62,470 nt of DNA, filler included, from Circinaria calcarea (GCA_051942165.1; 31 parts of 31 records of this genome joined end to end with filler, not necessarily neighbours in it); one strand, 5' to 3'. Counted from the whole stretch's first letter, positions 26,337 through 39,799 are shown. The notes: generated from the sequence alone by a model not told the origin. Made by a program: numbers and translations.

Positions 26337-27152
26337 ATCCAATCCTCTGGGGTTGATTACCTGCACCTGCTGGTAATCAGTATGGACTACCTTATCGCCC
26401 GTTACCATCTCGATGCTCGCCTTTCTCTCACTGTTCACGATGAGATCCGATATTTGGTAAAGAGCGAGGACAGATACAAGGTAGCCATGGCACTACAGGT
26501 GGCTAACCTTTGGACCCGGGCTATGTTCAGCCAGCAGATGGGGATCAATGACTTACCACAAAGCTGCGCATTCTTCAGTGCAGTTGACATTGACCATGTG
26601 CTAAGGAAAGAAGTCGATATGGATTGTGTAACGCCAAGCCATCCGCAAAAGATACCACATGGCGAGAGTCTGGATATCTGGGGTCTAATAGCAAAGGGCG
26701 AAGAAGCGGCGTTGAATCCCGAGGTCGTACCAAAAACGGATACGGAACTTGAGAAATGGCACTATACGCCTCGAATACCGGTCATGGCGCAGTTGACAGA
26801 AGATTCTGCAAATGATTTCGCACTCCTGAGAGCGCAAATCACCGGCAATGAGAAAGAGCTAAGAGAAATCATCAAGGAAGTCTCGAGCAAGAACACAACC
26901 GCATCCGCAAACAACCATGGCGACAATAAGAAACTGAAATCTAGTCCGCATAACCGGAAAGTAGAACTAGGAAATGGTACATTTGCGGCTGCATTACCGC
27001 AAGAGCCGTACTTGCCCGCAGTCGACCCTTGGAGTGAGTATGGGAAGAGAGTGGAGAGGAAGAAACCGTGGATCCGAGGCCCAAAGCAATTCGAAGCCGT
27101 TAACAAGTCGTGGACGATGGGGAGGCAGAGAACTCAGAATGTAGTACCGTAA
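26337..27152 (+). CDS. MIP1: Mitochondrial DNA polymerase gamma, C-terminal part
   Basis: IQSSGVDYLHLL; TVHDEIRYLV (motif C); NLWTRAMF; DLPQSCAFFSAVDIDHVLRKEVDMDCVTPSH. Confidence 0.96.
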   Translation: MQSSGVDYLHLLVISMDYLIARYHLDARLSLTVHDEIRYLVKSEDRYKVAMALQVANLWTRAMFSQQMGINDLPQSCAFFSAVDIDHVLRKEVDMDCVTPSHPQKIPHGESLDIWGLIAKGEEAALNPEVVPKTDTELEKWHYTPRIPVMAQLTEDSANDFALLRAQITGNEKELREIIKEVSSKNTTASANNHGDNKKLKSSPHNRKVELGNGTFAAALPQEPYLPAVDPWSEYGKRVERKKPWIRGPKQFEAVNKSWTMGRQRTQNVVP

Positions 27153-29706
27153 TCCATCGGCGTATGGTATGAGGTCTCGGTCGTCTTAGCTCGGAGGGAA
27201 TATTCGTCTGTACTATATTTCTGTAAAATTAAAACTTGGTGTGATGAAGATGAGGAAAAAGGAGTCCGGGGGCTGATATATTAGATATATGGGGTTTTTC
27301 CTGAACGGTGAAGAGGAGGGAAGGACCAAGTTTGATGGGAATTTTTTTTCCCAAGTAGGTACCTTAATGATGGCTAGATATAAATGTAAAACATACACAT
27401 GCGCACGGGGACCAAACCTATCTCAGCCTACTTCCAGCCCAGCCAGCCGGAGGTAGATGGGCTACCTCCCCCTTCTTCTTCTTCTAAAGTCATTTAAGCA
27501 AAGGCACATCACTCGCGCGGGCCTGGCCCGTACACCTTCCTACCCATTCCCAGATCACTCTTACCTCACCCTTACCTGCTCAACACACCCACACCAATCA
27601 CAAAAAAGAAAACCATGTGATATTTTAGCCCGTGCTCATACTTATACCCGTACTCAATTCCCAAGTCCCAGTACAGTACAATACACTACGCAGGACGGGC
27701 ACCACTCGTTCTCTAAATTTCTCTATGCTTGAAATTCGAGATTGACATTGACATTGAGCACTTCCTAAGGGACTCGGAGTTGAAAGGCGGTGAGAGGGTG
27801 CGGCTGGTACTCGGGGGGGAGAATTGGAACATCTGAATGCTCGCTACTCCAGTGCGACTCCATGCGCCAGGAGCGGCGAGACGGGTGGGCGTGTGTACTA
27901 ACTATGGTACCATACAGGCTCGTTTGTTTGCCTCTTCCATTCAAAATTCCTTCCTTAATCAAGTGAAGTGTCAAAAACCTCCAATCTCCATCTCCATCTC
28001 CATCTCCATTCCCGTCGCCAAATTATTTTTGTATCCGTCGCGTGGGGATCTAATCTATTCGAATTGTTCGGGGGGAAAAAAAACGGGGGAAAAGGGGAGG
28101 AGGGAAGGGAATCTGACTTTTTTAGTTTTATAAGTTTGCCGTAGTAGTTCTCTTCCGCCAATTATATGGTAACGCTTTCTTCCCCATTCCCATCTACATT
28201 GGTAGGAATTTATCGTGATGATGGTTCCAAGGTCCCAGGCTTCCTTCTTGGGGGGGNNNNNNNNNNNNNNNNNNNNNNNNNNNNNNNNNNNNNNNNNNNN
28301 TTAATTAATTAANNNNNNNNNNNNNNNNNNNNNNNNNNNNNNNNNNNNNNNNNNNNCCGGTCTTTTACTACGGGATCGATTGCCCAATAGATATCTGTAA
28401 TAGTTCTCATTATTAGTGGTTAAATCATCCTTGTCCTGACAAGATTGAAATTCCTGGCGAGAAGTCTTTGGCCGCCACGCCGTCCCTAAATCACCACGAC
28501 TTCGGACGATAGCTATAGCGTGCGTATCTTTTGGCCTGTCGGCGGGCAGGTCGTCCAAGGGCTGCAATGGCTCGTATCAGCAAATTGGCCATGAGGGTGA
28601 TGTCACAACTCTTGTGAACATCCAGTAGCAATAAGATCAAAGAGTGAAGGATTGGCAGCCAAGGCACCAGAAGGTATGCGATGCCCCGAGAACGTGGCTT
28701 TTGACATATTCTGCCCTAGTTGGGCCCCTGAATAGAATCCGAGAGATTAGCCTAGGCGAAGGATGGAGCTAGAAAGATATACGCGCCGGGCCCGAGCGAG
28801 GAGGCCCTGAGCGAGGAGGCCAGTTATTGGCTCAAGGCCATGAAGGAAAGGTGCTACTCGAGGTCGGGGCTTGCCATTCATGCAACTAAGCTGTATGCCC
28901 CTTGGGCGCGAATCAGCAAAGTCACAACTCAAGACTCTATCTCCAAGAGTATCATCATCATTGCCCGTGAGAACCGGCGGGCTTCAATCTTGGGACTCGG
29001 TCACTGTCTCAAGAATACATAATAATGCGCGAGAAGTTCCCGAGACCAGTAGGTGTCCTAACGCATCTGTATCTCCTGGGTCGGGTATGCAGTATCCAAG
29101 AACCCATGACCCAGACTGCGTAGAATTGATTGTGCAGGTACACACGGTCCAATGAACCTATGGGGGATTTTCAAGCCCGACAACAGGTCAAGTCTCCGAT
29201 GCATGTGTGCTTCAAGCGTCAGGCAGTGAAGAGCCATTGGCGCGGCAAACTCGTCGGTGGCGCTTCTTCCAACGTGCTAAATACGCAAAAGATCGATTGG
29301 CTATCACAAAATTACACCATCGCGTACGAAGCATCAGCGGAGGTAAGCTTAAGCGGGGTCAGCCCAGGTCACCGGACGGGGTGGTCGTGTCAACAAGGTG
29401 AGGGTCAGTAAGGGTACGCATCCCAAGAGACAAGACTCTAGTCGATTGTGATAAGCGATCATGTGACTCCATCTGTGAATCCACCTTTGTGGTGGTGAGG
29501 ACGATATAAATCGCCCATCTGATCTCCCTTACTCACAAGCAGACGTTGCCCAATAAATCCACATTCATGAATCATCCTTCTAGATGATCAAGGGCTCAGG
29601 GTGGAAAAGTCACTCGAGGAACCAAAATAATGACGTGATATGAGAGACCAGACTTTAGACTGACAACAGCAATGAATGCGATCCCTAAATTCTGAACTGC
29701 TCCAAA

Positions 29707-30275
29707 ATGTCATCGTCCGGCAACACTGACATGAAAGTAAACCCTCAGCGAGCAGCCCAGCTCATAGAAAATCTAAGTCATGTCTCCCGCTCCATCCAGG
29801 CAGCGAACAAACAAGACCGCCAAGTCAGTGTACCCGTGGCATCACCTAACCGACCCGCAAAACTCCTGACACCAGCATCCGCTAATCTCACCAATTAGAT
29901 TCGCCTTGTCGCCGTCTCCAAACTGAAACCTGCGACCGACATCCTCGCGCTCCACTCCCCACCTTCCTCGCAGACCCCCCACCTACACTTCGGCGAAAAT
30001 TACCAACAAGAACTCCTCGAGAAATCAAAGCTCCTTCCCCGCTCGATCCGCTGGCATTTTATCGGCGCCCTGCAGACGAACAAATGCAAGCCGTTGGCGG
30101 AACAGATCCCAAACCTATGGTGTGTGGAGAGCGTGGATACGGTCAGGAAGGCGGATGGACTGGAGAAGGGGAGGAAGGCGCTTGGTGAAAAGGGAGGCTG
30201 GGAGGGAAAGGGGGACGAGCAGCTGAGGGGGTTTGTGCAGGTGAATACGAGCGGAGAGGAGAGCAAGAGCGGAGT
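29707..30275 (+). CDS. PLP homeostasis protein (YggS/PROSC/YBL036C family), 5' part; intron 29824-29898
   Basis: IRLVAVSKLKPA, HFGENYQQEL, WHFIGALQTNK, VQVNTSGEESKSG. Confidence 0.93.
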
Positions 30276-30773
30276 NNNNNNNNNNNNNNNNNNNNNNNNN
30301 NNNNNNNNNNNNNNNNNNNTTAATTAATTAANNNNNNNNNNNNNNNNNNNNNNNNNNNNNNNNNNNNNNNNNNNNGGGGGGGGGGGGGTTACGATTATTC
30401 CGGGGTCTGCCCTAAAATTTAGCTTGGCATGTCGGCGCTTAATCCGTAGACTTTTTCACGGTCGATGGGTCCCTTCAAGAACTCATGGTCAACTCCATAT
30501 ATCTATTCAACTGTAAACTAGAGTCTGGTCATACTCATTTCTGATATGGCATAGTGCCCTGGACGTTGTGATCAATCCAAAGAACAGCAGTGCCACAAAC
30601 AGGAGCCGACCGCGGCCTCATTTACGGCGTGACAACCGGACGGCCATCTTTTCCGCCTAAGTGCTAAACGACTGTCTGTTCATTCTCAGTCACCGAGTGC
30701 CTTCTTACCAGCTACTAATATAGTCGTGAAGGCGCCCATCAGCCCCGTTGACCGGAGCAGACACTTGCTAACC

Positions 30774-31855
30774 ATGGCGCCACCCTTGCCATCCGTCCAA
30801 AGGGAGATGGACAATTGCCTATCTTTTCCCCAAGTCTCATCCAGAGATTTATCAATCACTATTCTTCCCGATAAAGAAAGGAGCCTTGTGAGGAAGAGAA
30901 TCCGAGCACCGCACCCGAGTCTGTTCCATTCCCTCTCACTCTTCGGAAGCCCAACCCCTTGTCATCACGTGGAAGATCAATTCAGGTTCCAATCGAAACA
31001 TCTCCGCTTGAGAAGCTCCCTTATGAACTGCTTACCCTCTTTCTTCCCAATCTTTCCTTTCTCAGCCTTCTCTCCCTCCGCCTTGCATCTTCTTCTCTCA
31101 ACACCGTCGTCTGTTCTCTCCCCTCCTACTCGCTTCCTCTCAAGCACGCACCCTTCGCCCTTCGGGCCTTCGCGGCCACTCGACTTCTCGATTACGTTCC
31201 GGCTGAGGATATCTACACGGCTCTCTGTACATCCAGATGCGCCGGCTGCGGGGAATTCGGCCAATATCTTTTCCTCCCTACATGCTCACGCGCTTGCTTC
31301 AACTGCACGATGCTGGAGCAAAAGTCCAAGTTCCAGCTTATACCACTCGTAGTTGCTCAGAACTTCTACAACATCCAGCACAAAGACTTACAGGATTTGG
31401 GTGTGCTTCTTACTCTGTACCAAGAGTACTGGTGGGAGCCCCAAGGGTACTGGTGGGAGCCCCCGCCCACCACTCGCCATAGGATGAAACGCACACTCAT
31501 ACGCGACTTCAGAGAGAGAGTTGTGAGCGTCGAACAAATCAATCAGTACGTGACTGTAAAGCAACCAAGGACGGAGGTCATACCATCAGACCGTCTTGAC
31601 TATTGCAACTCTTCGTGGAAAGGCATCACCCCTTTTCCTTTTTACAACCGGGATACCCGATCTCTGGAACACGGAGTTCGGTGCCGAGGCTGCGATCGCG
31701 CATGGGTCGATCACCGGGATCTGCTTTGGCATGTTGGGATGTTTCCACCGGACTGGTGGGAGAGGATAAGAATATGGATTAAGCATAACTGTGAGAGTTA
31801 TGCGGAAGCCGAAGTTGGAAACCACACGTGTAGGATATTTGGAGGGCTTACCTAG
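30774..31855 (+). CDS. F-box domain protein with Cys-rich region; apparent frameshift between the ATG at 30774 and the F-box frame
   Basis: SPLEKLPYELLTLFLPNLSFLSLLSLRLAS (F-box-like); CAGCGEFGQYLFLPTCSRACFNC; internal 21-bp duplication YWWEPQG/YWWEPPP. Confidence 0.75.
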
Positions 31856-32392
31856 AAGGAAAAGGAAGAGGAGAGAATACCCTGGGGGATGACTTGGGTG
31901 AATGGTGTGGCTTGTGATTGGTAATGGGCGGGCATTCTGATGTTGGGGAGAGAGTCGGTAGCTTCTCCAGTTGATCCGTATCCGGCTATTTTCTACGACC
32001 CGAGCACTATCTGATGGCACAAAGACGCGAAACTGTTTCAACGAGGAATGAAGACAGTTAGAAAAGATGCCAAGCAGTTGAGAAGCCCCCTGATGCAGCG
32101 ATGAAACATAGTACCACCGAAGCTGCCGAAAGCTACCCAATCGCCAGGCAGAAACGGAACGATTTATGAAGAGCTCCATGCAAAACACCTATGGGGCAAA
32201 AGTCAAAGTGGTTGGGGGAGACTCTAATCGGGTTTGGAAATTGACAATGTTGGTCAAAGGTCGAATAACCCCATACTCCAACGCTCAAATCTNNNNNNNN
32301 NNNNNNNNNNNNNNNNNNNNNNNNNNNNNNNNNNNNTTAATTAATTAANNNNNNNNNNNNNNNNNNNNNNNNNNNNNNNNNNNNNNNNNNNN

Positions 32393-34309
32393 ACTGCATA
32401 TCTGGTTGATATCCAGTACACGTAGAATCCCTGGATTGAATATAGCACGCCAATTTCTTCCTCTTTCCTTATGATGCTCAGCTAATCCGTCGAATTGTAA
32501 TCTTGATAGCGTGTTAAGGAAATTCACACCCTCGACATGTATGTGATGTTGTCGTATGTCAGACCTTAGCTTCCTACTGAGTTCAGTAAGTACTTCGTGA
32601 GCTCGTTGGTTTTCATTTTGACGTAGCTGTGTACGGAGAATATCCCATAACTTTCGCACGGCTTGTGCAAAGCGAGATCTTTCCATGTGAGAGCGAAATG
32701 GCAATGTGGCAATCTGCTCAGCCCTAATAAGGAAAGCTCCATGCGTCATTTCCCGGATATCCCTGACAGATCCTAAGGGCTCAGGTTGATTGGCTAGGCC
32801 GCTTTGTGCCGACATTATTGGCACTCGTGGTGGCTTTGCCTCACGGAACGGGTCAGGGCTCTTACGGAATCCTTCGACGTATTCTGTGCGGGTTTGTGGC
32901 TCACCCAGTGTCCTCAGGTCTCTCGGATCGTCCTTGCAAGCCACTTTCTCAGCTACACACTTGAAACATCGAGCTTGAGGGTCATCTGGCACTCGGATAC
33001 ATTCTACCTTCCGGCTTCTGCAGGAGTCTATAAAGTATAATCGTTAGTTGAAGGTTGCCCATTCAAAGTCATATCTCCGTAGGCCCTTACAACAAGACGC
33101 CCCGAGTCCATGCCCAAAGCTCGGTATTCCAGCCTCATCTGGTTTAGTGTGGTACTTTCGATTATGCCTCTGCAGCTCGCTTTTAGTTGAGAAGCCAGGT
33201 ATATAGAACTCGCATGTCATGTCTGCACATTTGAGCCTCTTGAGGTGAAGAATCTCATGCCTTTGCCTTTGCTCTGTAGATACGAATCCATCCAAGGCTC
33301 TTGGGCAGCCACGATAACGACAGACAAAAGCAGAATTACCGTAAGTTTCAACGAAGCGATCGAGGAGATTCTGATCGATTCCATCAGGAGTCATACATCT
33401 AGCACAATCCAGAAGGTATTCCACGATATTCTGATAGCGCTGACGTATGTCACTGAAGATGGTCGGGTCATTTTCCACTTCATACGTCACGAATGCTATT
33501 ATCGAATCAGTGTGAATAGCAAACTTTTATCATGGTTGATATGGTAACAGAAATAACTGTCCCTCAGCCTATGTTTGGTGCACACTCACCCTCAGGTTCC
33601 TTTTGCCTATGCTTTTCATGAGCTAGAATCTCCCGGAATGCCAAAACCTCGTATAAGAAGATTTTAACCTTTGGTAAGCTGCTTAAACCTGATAGGCGAC
33701 TCGAAACTGTTAGCAATGTCTTCATGCCGTCTAGCTCAGAACAGAACTCCTGAGATCGAGATAGCTTTTGAAATGGTAGCAGCTTTTCAAGTTGCTTAAT
33801 AAGTGACAGCGAAGTAGTGTAGTCAAAGTTATCAACCAAGTTGATATATTGAAGGAGGTGTTCGCTCCAGAACTCGTCAGCATAGTTGTGTAAGCCATGG
33901 TATCCTTTAACTATTTGGAGCCTTATTTCATCATCCGGTAAAGAAGAATCAACTAGGCAGAAGCTTGTTAGTAGATATGATATACAAGAAAATGCGATGT
34001 TGTAATGGGCATCCACTTCGCGTAAGAAGGGTCCACTGTTATGATGAAGTACGTATCTTGACCTATCATTAGCATCCATGATTGTGACCTTCAAGTGTCT
34101 TCAACGTACTCTTTGGCTGAAGAATGCACAAAGCCAACGGTATCTCCAGGACCATCTTCTATAATGGGCCTGCATCGATCCAAGATTCCTTTGTCTAGCT
34201 TCGTCGCGCCGTTTAGTATGGTACACCCTGGGTGAAACACAATTCCGTCTTGAATCTCCCAGATCTTCAATGTACGACACGAGCAAGCCATCCATTCCAA
34301 AATACGGAT
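32393..34309 (-). CDS. NACHT/NLR-like protein fragment: winged-helix region, two C2H2-like fingers, Zn(II)2Cys6 cluster; three introns including 33028-33090
   Basis: RILEWMACSCRTLKIWEIQDGI...CRPIIE...VGFVHSSAKEY (post-NACHT WHD); CRYRGC..HEILH; CADMTC..HNRKYH; spliced CYSCRSRKVECIRVPDDPQARCFKCVAEKVAC. The NACHT NTPase itself is outside the contig. Confidence 0.8.
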
Positions 34310-35173
34310 NNNNNNNNNNNNNNNNNNNNNNNNNNNNNNNNNNNNNNNNNNNNTTAATTAATTAANNNNNNNNNNNNNNNNNNNNNNNNNNNNNNNNNNN
34401 NNNNNNNNNGAAGACTAATAGTGATGTAGACGCACCTCAGCAATCTCCTCACCTTGAGCTTTGGCTGCACAAACTATCGCCTGATGTCTGGACCGCAGCC
34501 GTCGTTTGATGGGTCCGCCGCCCGTGTCGTTGCCGTGGTCATGGTGCATAATGAGATTATTGCCGATGGGGAGTCATCGTCGGGAAAGTATGCGAAGTTG
34601 AAGGCCTCATCAAATGCACTTGAGCTCTTGCAAGGTCTCGCACCATTTGAGTATCGGATGCAATATCGGTGCGACTGTTCAGATGAGGCATCTGAGGTGA
34701 CTGATGAGATAGAAGAACGGAAAGGGTTTGATAGTGCAATTTGACCTTGGGACCTAAGGGCTGATGTCTTGTTCCGCATCGCTTGTCCTTGCTGCGTCAT
34801 CCAAATGAGAAACTGTCCATCTTATGTGAATGATGTTCGCTGACTCAAAATGTCCAAGCGTGAAATAAGCGACTTCTTGGCAGGAGAGATTGATAGGCAA
34901 ACAGCAAAGGGAACCTCATTCACTGTAGTAACTGTGCATAACGTTCACTAACACTGTCAGTCGATATTGCTAAGAAGCCGCTATATATGAGTTCTCCAGC
35001 CGCCCCCCCAACCTTCTTTCCTTTTCTTTGTCACTCCTCCTGTTCCTGTACCATCATCACCCACCTCTTCACATTAACCTGAATCATAGATCCTAACCAT
35101 AATCCTTCCATCCGTGTACCTCTACTCTAATAATACACACGCACAGACGGATACAAGTTCTTGTGATACCACA

Positions 35174-36280
35174 ATGTCAGCTACCAATCGTCCTCAGAAC
35201 TTGGAGGTCTCTCGCCCAGTAGGCCCTACCAATATCGACCTTGTGAATTTTCCCTACGGTCAGTTCAAAGCGTTGTAGCCCGCGATGTAGTAGAGACCCA
35301 GAACCCCCGTCTTCTAACCTGCAGTAGACGTTCGTGTACAGATATACGAGGAGCTCCTGGTGACCCCTTCCTTGCCGCCCTACGTGGGCGACCGGACCCG
35401 CGGCGAGAACGGTTCCCGGTTCTTCAACGTGAACGTCCTGGCAGCCTCCAAACGGATCCACGACGAGGCTGCCCAGACTCTCTACGGCGGCAACGTGTTC
35501 CGCACCCTCTACTACGACGCCCGCACCTTTACCGATCTCGGTGAGTACATGGACCACGGCTCGACCCTGGCCCTCGAGGAAAAACTTGCGGAACTCCAGC
35601 GCGAAAGGGATGTCCAGCAGTCCTCCGAGGCCAGTAGTGACTCGGTCTGCAACGACATCGCCCACCTGTTCGACGACGGTGGCGAGATGGCCGCCTGGCT
35701 GAGCGACCTGACCTTCCCCCTCTTCCTGCGCACCATCGGTCCCGACAACACGGCCAGGATCCAAACCTTCCAGCTCGACCTCGGCAGCCTCCCCACCGCC
35801 CGTGACCGTCTTTCCATCTACACCCAAATCGTGCGCGAGCACATGCCCGGCCTGCGGAGGATCGTCGTCGCCTTTGCGAACGTGGGCGACTACGGCGACG
35901 CCGCCAAGTTCGGGTCCTACAGTTACGACGAATGCGGCATCGATCTCAGCTGGGCCGAACGGGAAGCCCTCACCGGGGAATCCTTGGCCGGGATGCTCGA
36001 AGCGCTGCTGGACATCTTCGAGGACGTGCCCCCGTTGACGCGGCTGGAGGTTGTCGAGGGCGGCGAGTTCCTGGATGTGATGGCCGGGGTGGTCATGGAT
36101 GTCAAGTGCACCGGGTTCGGGTTGCAGGTTTCGCTGAACACAGTCCGCCGGCGCTACGTTCAGATGAAGGCGGCGCAGGCGGAGGCACTGCTGGGGATCC
36201 CCGCGTGGCAGTGGCGTCAGTGGATGGCACGGAATCTCACCTGGCAGGATGTAATCCCGGCGGCCCGTGACAGTTACTAA
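35174..36280 (+). CDS. Hypothetical protein with an N-terminal F-box-like LPxEIRxxIY motif; one intron near 35259-35327
   Basis: Spliced LVNFPYDVRVQIYEELLV; NVLAASKRIHDEAAQTLYGGNVF; FLRTIGPDNTARI. Confidence 0.75.
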
Positions 36281-38055
36281 AAGGGGGGAATTTGGGGGTC
36301 TTGGCCTGAGATTGTGTATTTGGGGNNNNNNNNNNNNNNNNNNNNNNNNNNNNNNNNNNNNNNNNNNNNTTAATTAATTAANNNNNNNNNNNNNNNNNNN
36401 NNNNNNNNNNNNNNNNNNNNNNNNNCTTTTGGCCAAGTCCTTCGATCGAGAATGGAATATACAACATTTCCCTCCCCCTCACAGGCAACCCCGCAACGTC
36501 CCAAACCGAGTAGACCAGGGTGATCAAAAAGGTCCGCCGAGACAGTTTGACGAGACCGGATGAAAACCTCATTTCAATCTGGTGCTGTTCAGAACTCTAT
36601 AGCTTACGCCCATTCCGTGAGTTTCAGATCCACCAGGTTTTGAACCAAGCGACATCTTTGTTGGATAACCGCCGAATACCCCAGACCCCAGAACCCAAAC
36701 CCGGCCATCTCTCTTTAGGTATCTCCCAACGAGACCGGAAGGATCGAAGCAGATGGATTTGAATGGAGGCCGAGGTTGGGAGCTTTGGTGGCGTCAAGAG
36801 CCGGAACAGTCAGACAATTTGGCAAGAAGGACTATGGAGATGGGTCATTCAAATATCACTGGTACGATGAGGGCACGGATGAGAAATTCAATATATCAAA
36901 TTGGCGTAGCTCTTTTTCTCGTAGCTAGACTCTCTCATCATGTTGAGAACCTAGAGACCAGGCGCCTCTCCCTCGAAGGCGCCTCCCCCCCCCCGCGGGA
37001 AAACTAACAGAGAACCAGCAACCCATAACGAAGAAGCCCCTAATCCCTTCGCTGTTCTGACAAACGTTTCGTCCAATCCACGCGTAAGATACCCCATTGG
37101 CTGTACCCCCCTACTTCAACCCAACCACTACAATCCATATACGTAGCATAGATGGGAAACCGAGCCCTTCTGCAATTCTGTACAACAGCTTCGTCTAGTA
37201 CTTAATTGTGAACCGTATAGTCCAAATTGGCCGAACTGCACTGCGGTAAAAGCTCGACGCTGTAAATGATGAATTTGTGTGGCCTTTTACTTTCGGCAAC
37301 TACCTACCTAGACAGTCCCAGGCTTACCTTGATGATCGAGCAGTAAATGTTCACCTCTCGACCTTACTGGGTACTCCCAGGGACCTTCCGAAGGTTTGGT
37401 ACACGAGAATGGGATGAAACTTTGCTGGTGGAGGAGATTGCTGTATAGGAGCCTTGTATGGGGAAAAAGGGAAGGGTTGGATAGGGGACTGGTTACTTGG
37501 GACACGTCGTATGTGTGGAGAAGGGGTTAAAGTTGTGGCTTATCTAGGTAGACTAGTACGGAGTACGTGGATGTGTGGTATTACTATCCACGTAGGTAGC
37601 CAGAGGGCTTTGCATATCGATAGAGTGGTAGATGAGCTATATTTGGTAGACTAGAGTTTACATTTGTCCAAATGTCCGAATGTCCGCATAGAAGCGGGTT
37701 GTCTTGAGGGCGATCGGCGTCCTGTAGTCCCTTCTCTGGATCGTATCTCTATGTACGAGTTCGGCCATCTGGGGACCAAATGCGTATATTTGAATTACGT
37801 ATGTGGGTGCTACTAATCCAAAGGTCCGCCATCAGGAGTATAGGAATCTTCTTCCATATAAGTCAGTAAGGTGTTCAATAGGACAATTGTTAGTTTACCG
37901 ACTTACCAAAGGGGCATACTTGCTCATTTATCAACCATCTTAGCTGTAACGCTCATGATCAGGGGGTGCAATGGACGACCCGAGGAGTTTCAGGCGTGTG
38001 GGTCGGGCAGTGCGTTAGCACAATTCTTTTAAGTCAATCCTGGCTTCACTTCTAT

Positions 38056-38341
38056 TCACTTCTCCCTCAGTTTTGCCAGAGCCGCCATCATCCCATCGCT
38101 CAATTCAGCCTCCTTTCGCAAAGTCTTTTTTGCGGTTGTCGCTGATGTATTCTTTGCTCCCAGGGTTCTTGAATCGATCTGCGGGCTGTCTTCCTCTGCG
38201 GCAGCTAACAATAAAGCTTCCTCTTCGTCGTCTCCTGGCTCCCAAAGTGGTACAGCTTCTGCGGCTCTTTTAGGCGGTCGCTTCTCGGCATCTGGGATAG
38301 TATTCGCCTCTGCCGCTTGATCTAGGCCAGAGACCTCTCGA
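38056..38341 (-). CDS. C-terminal fragment of an unidentified charged protein
   Basis: Frame open from the contig edge: REVSGLDQAAEANTIPDAEKRPPKR...GMMAALAKLREK*. Confidence 0.45.
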
Positions 38342-38441
38342 NNNNNNNNNNNNNNNNNNNNNNNNNNNNNNNNNNNNNNNNNNNNTTAATTAATTAANNN
38401 NNNNNNNNNNNNNNNNNNNNNNNNNNNNNNNNNNNNNNNNN

Positions 38442-39682
38442 GCTTATAGTGCCATGGGACTGGTTTTCCCAGGCAGCCCAGGTATACCAAGCGCACCAGT
38501 CCTGCTGTGCAGACAAGGTGCATCCTTTCGTGAACAGTCACGGTGGAGACTATTTCCTGAACTTACGCGACGCCTGGGCTAGTATACTGGCCCTCGATAT
38601 TGGAGCGAAGCAGCCTCACTGCTCTCTACATTTTCTACTGCGTCTTTATTGGTCTCGGCTGGCTACCGATCCTCGGGACAAGATCTATGCCTTCCTTGGT
38701 TTGTTGGAGCCCAGCCAGCAGCTCATTGTTCCAGATTACACGCTATCTACTCGGGACGTTTACCAAGATGCAGTAGTAAAGATAATTAACCATTCCTCCG
38801 ACTTATCTATTCTAATGGACGTAGATGAGTATCCGGGAGAGATCAACGTTTCCACGTGGTGCACGGACTGGACTTCAACCGGCGTGTCTGGCTTGGAACT
38901 ATATAGTCATTATCAAGCCGCAGGAAATAGCGAGGCTTCGGCTCAGCTCTGCGCAAAAAAATATTCTAAAGGTCCAAGGTTTCGTATGCGATATTATCAC
39001 GGAAATCGCTCCTGATGAGGGTGAAATTGAAGTCGATACAGCACTCGATGAAGCTTACAGATATCTCTGCCGCTGGGAATCACTATGCCAATTGTTCGCA
39101 GGCTCAGATACACCATACCCGTCCGGTGGCACCCGCAAAGACGCATTTTGGCAGACGGTGTTAATGGGTATGCATGCCAACCGTACAGCTCGTTTAAGCA
39201 ACGCGGACCGCGTCCCATACAATAAATGGCGGCAGTGGCTGGAAAGAAATCATGGGCATGCTCCATATGCGAACGAGGTGACCACGCTAGCATCCAGAAC
39301 ACGGGAAAAAAAGGCTTATAGTAACGCTAATAGCAGCATCCGGAATCATAACAATATTATTATTTCTTATCGCTTCGTCCGCTGGTTCTTCGTCACGGGG
39401 CGCGGGTATATAGGCCTCGGCCCAGCGAACATGCAGCCGGGAGATGTTGTATGCGTGCTTAGGGGCGGCAAAGTGCCTTTTGTCCTACAAGCCGCGGAAG
39501 ATGGCGGCGATAACGATGACGACGACTGCGACGGGCCTTGCCGGGCTACTGGTACCTGCGCCGCGGAACAACAACGCTATAACTTCGTAGGCTATGCTTA
39601 CTTGCACGGTATTATGGACGGGGAGGCGGTTCGGAGCGTAGAACGCGGGGAAGAGGAGTGGATGAATTTCTGGCTTCGTTAA
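38442..39682 (+). CDS. HET-6-like heterokaryon incompatibility protein, C-terminal part; frameshift at A7 run (about 38955-38961)
   Basis: ATDPRDKIYAFLGL, VPDYTLS, TWCTDW; then RWFFVTGRGYIGLGP.NMQPGDVVCVLRGGKVPFVL and FVGYAYLHGIMDGE in the next frame. Confidence 0.88.
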
Positions 39683-39799
39683 TATAAATAAAAAAACGCT
39701 GTCTCGAAATAAACGCTATATCGCCTCCTCTGCTATTCAGATTTTCTTTTTTTCAATTTTTTTTTTTCAATTTTTAATAAATTCCAAATCGAATCCGGC

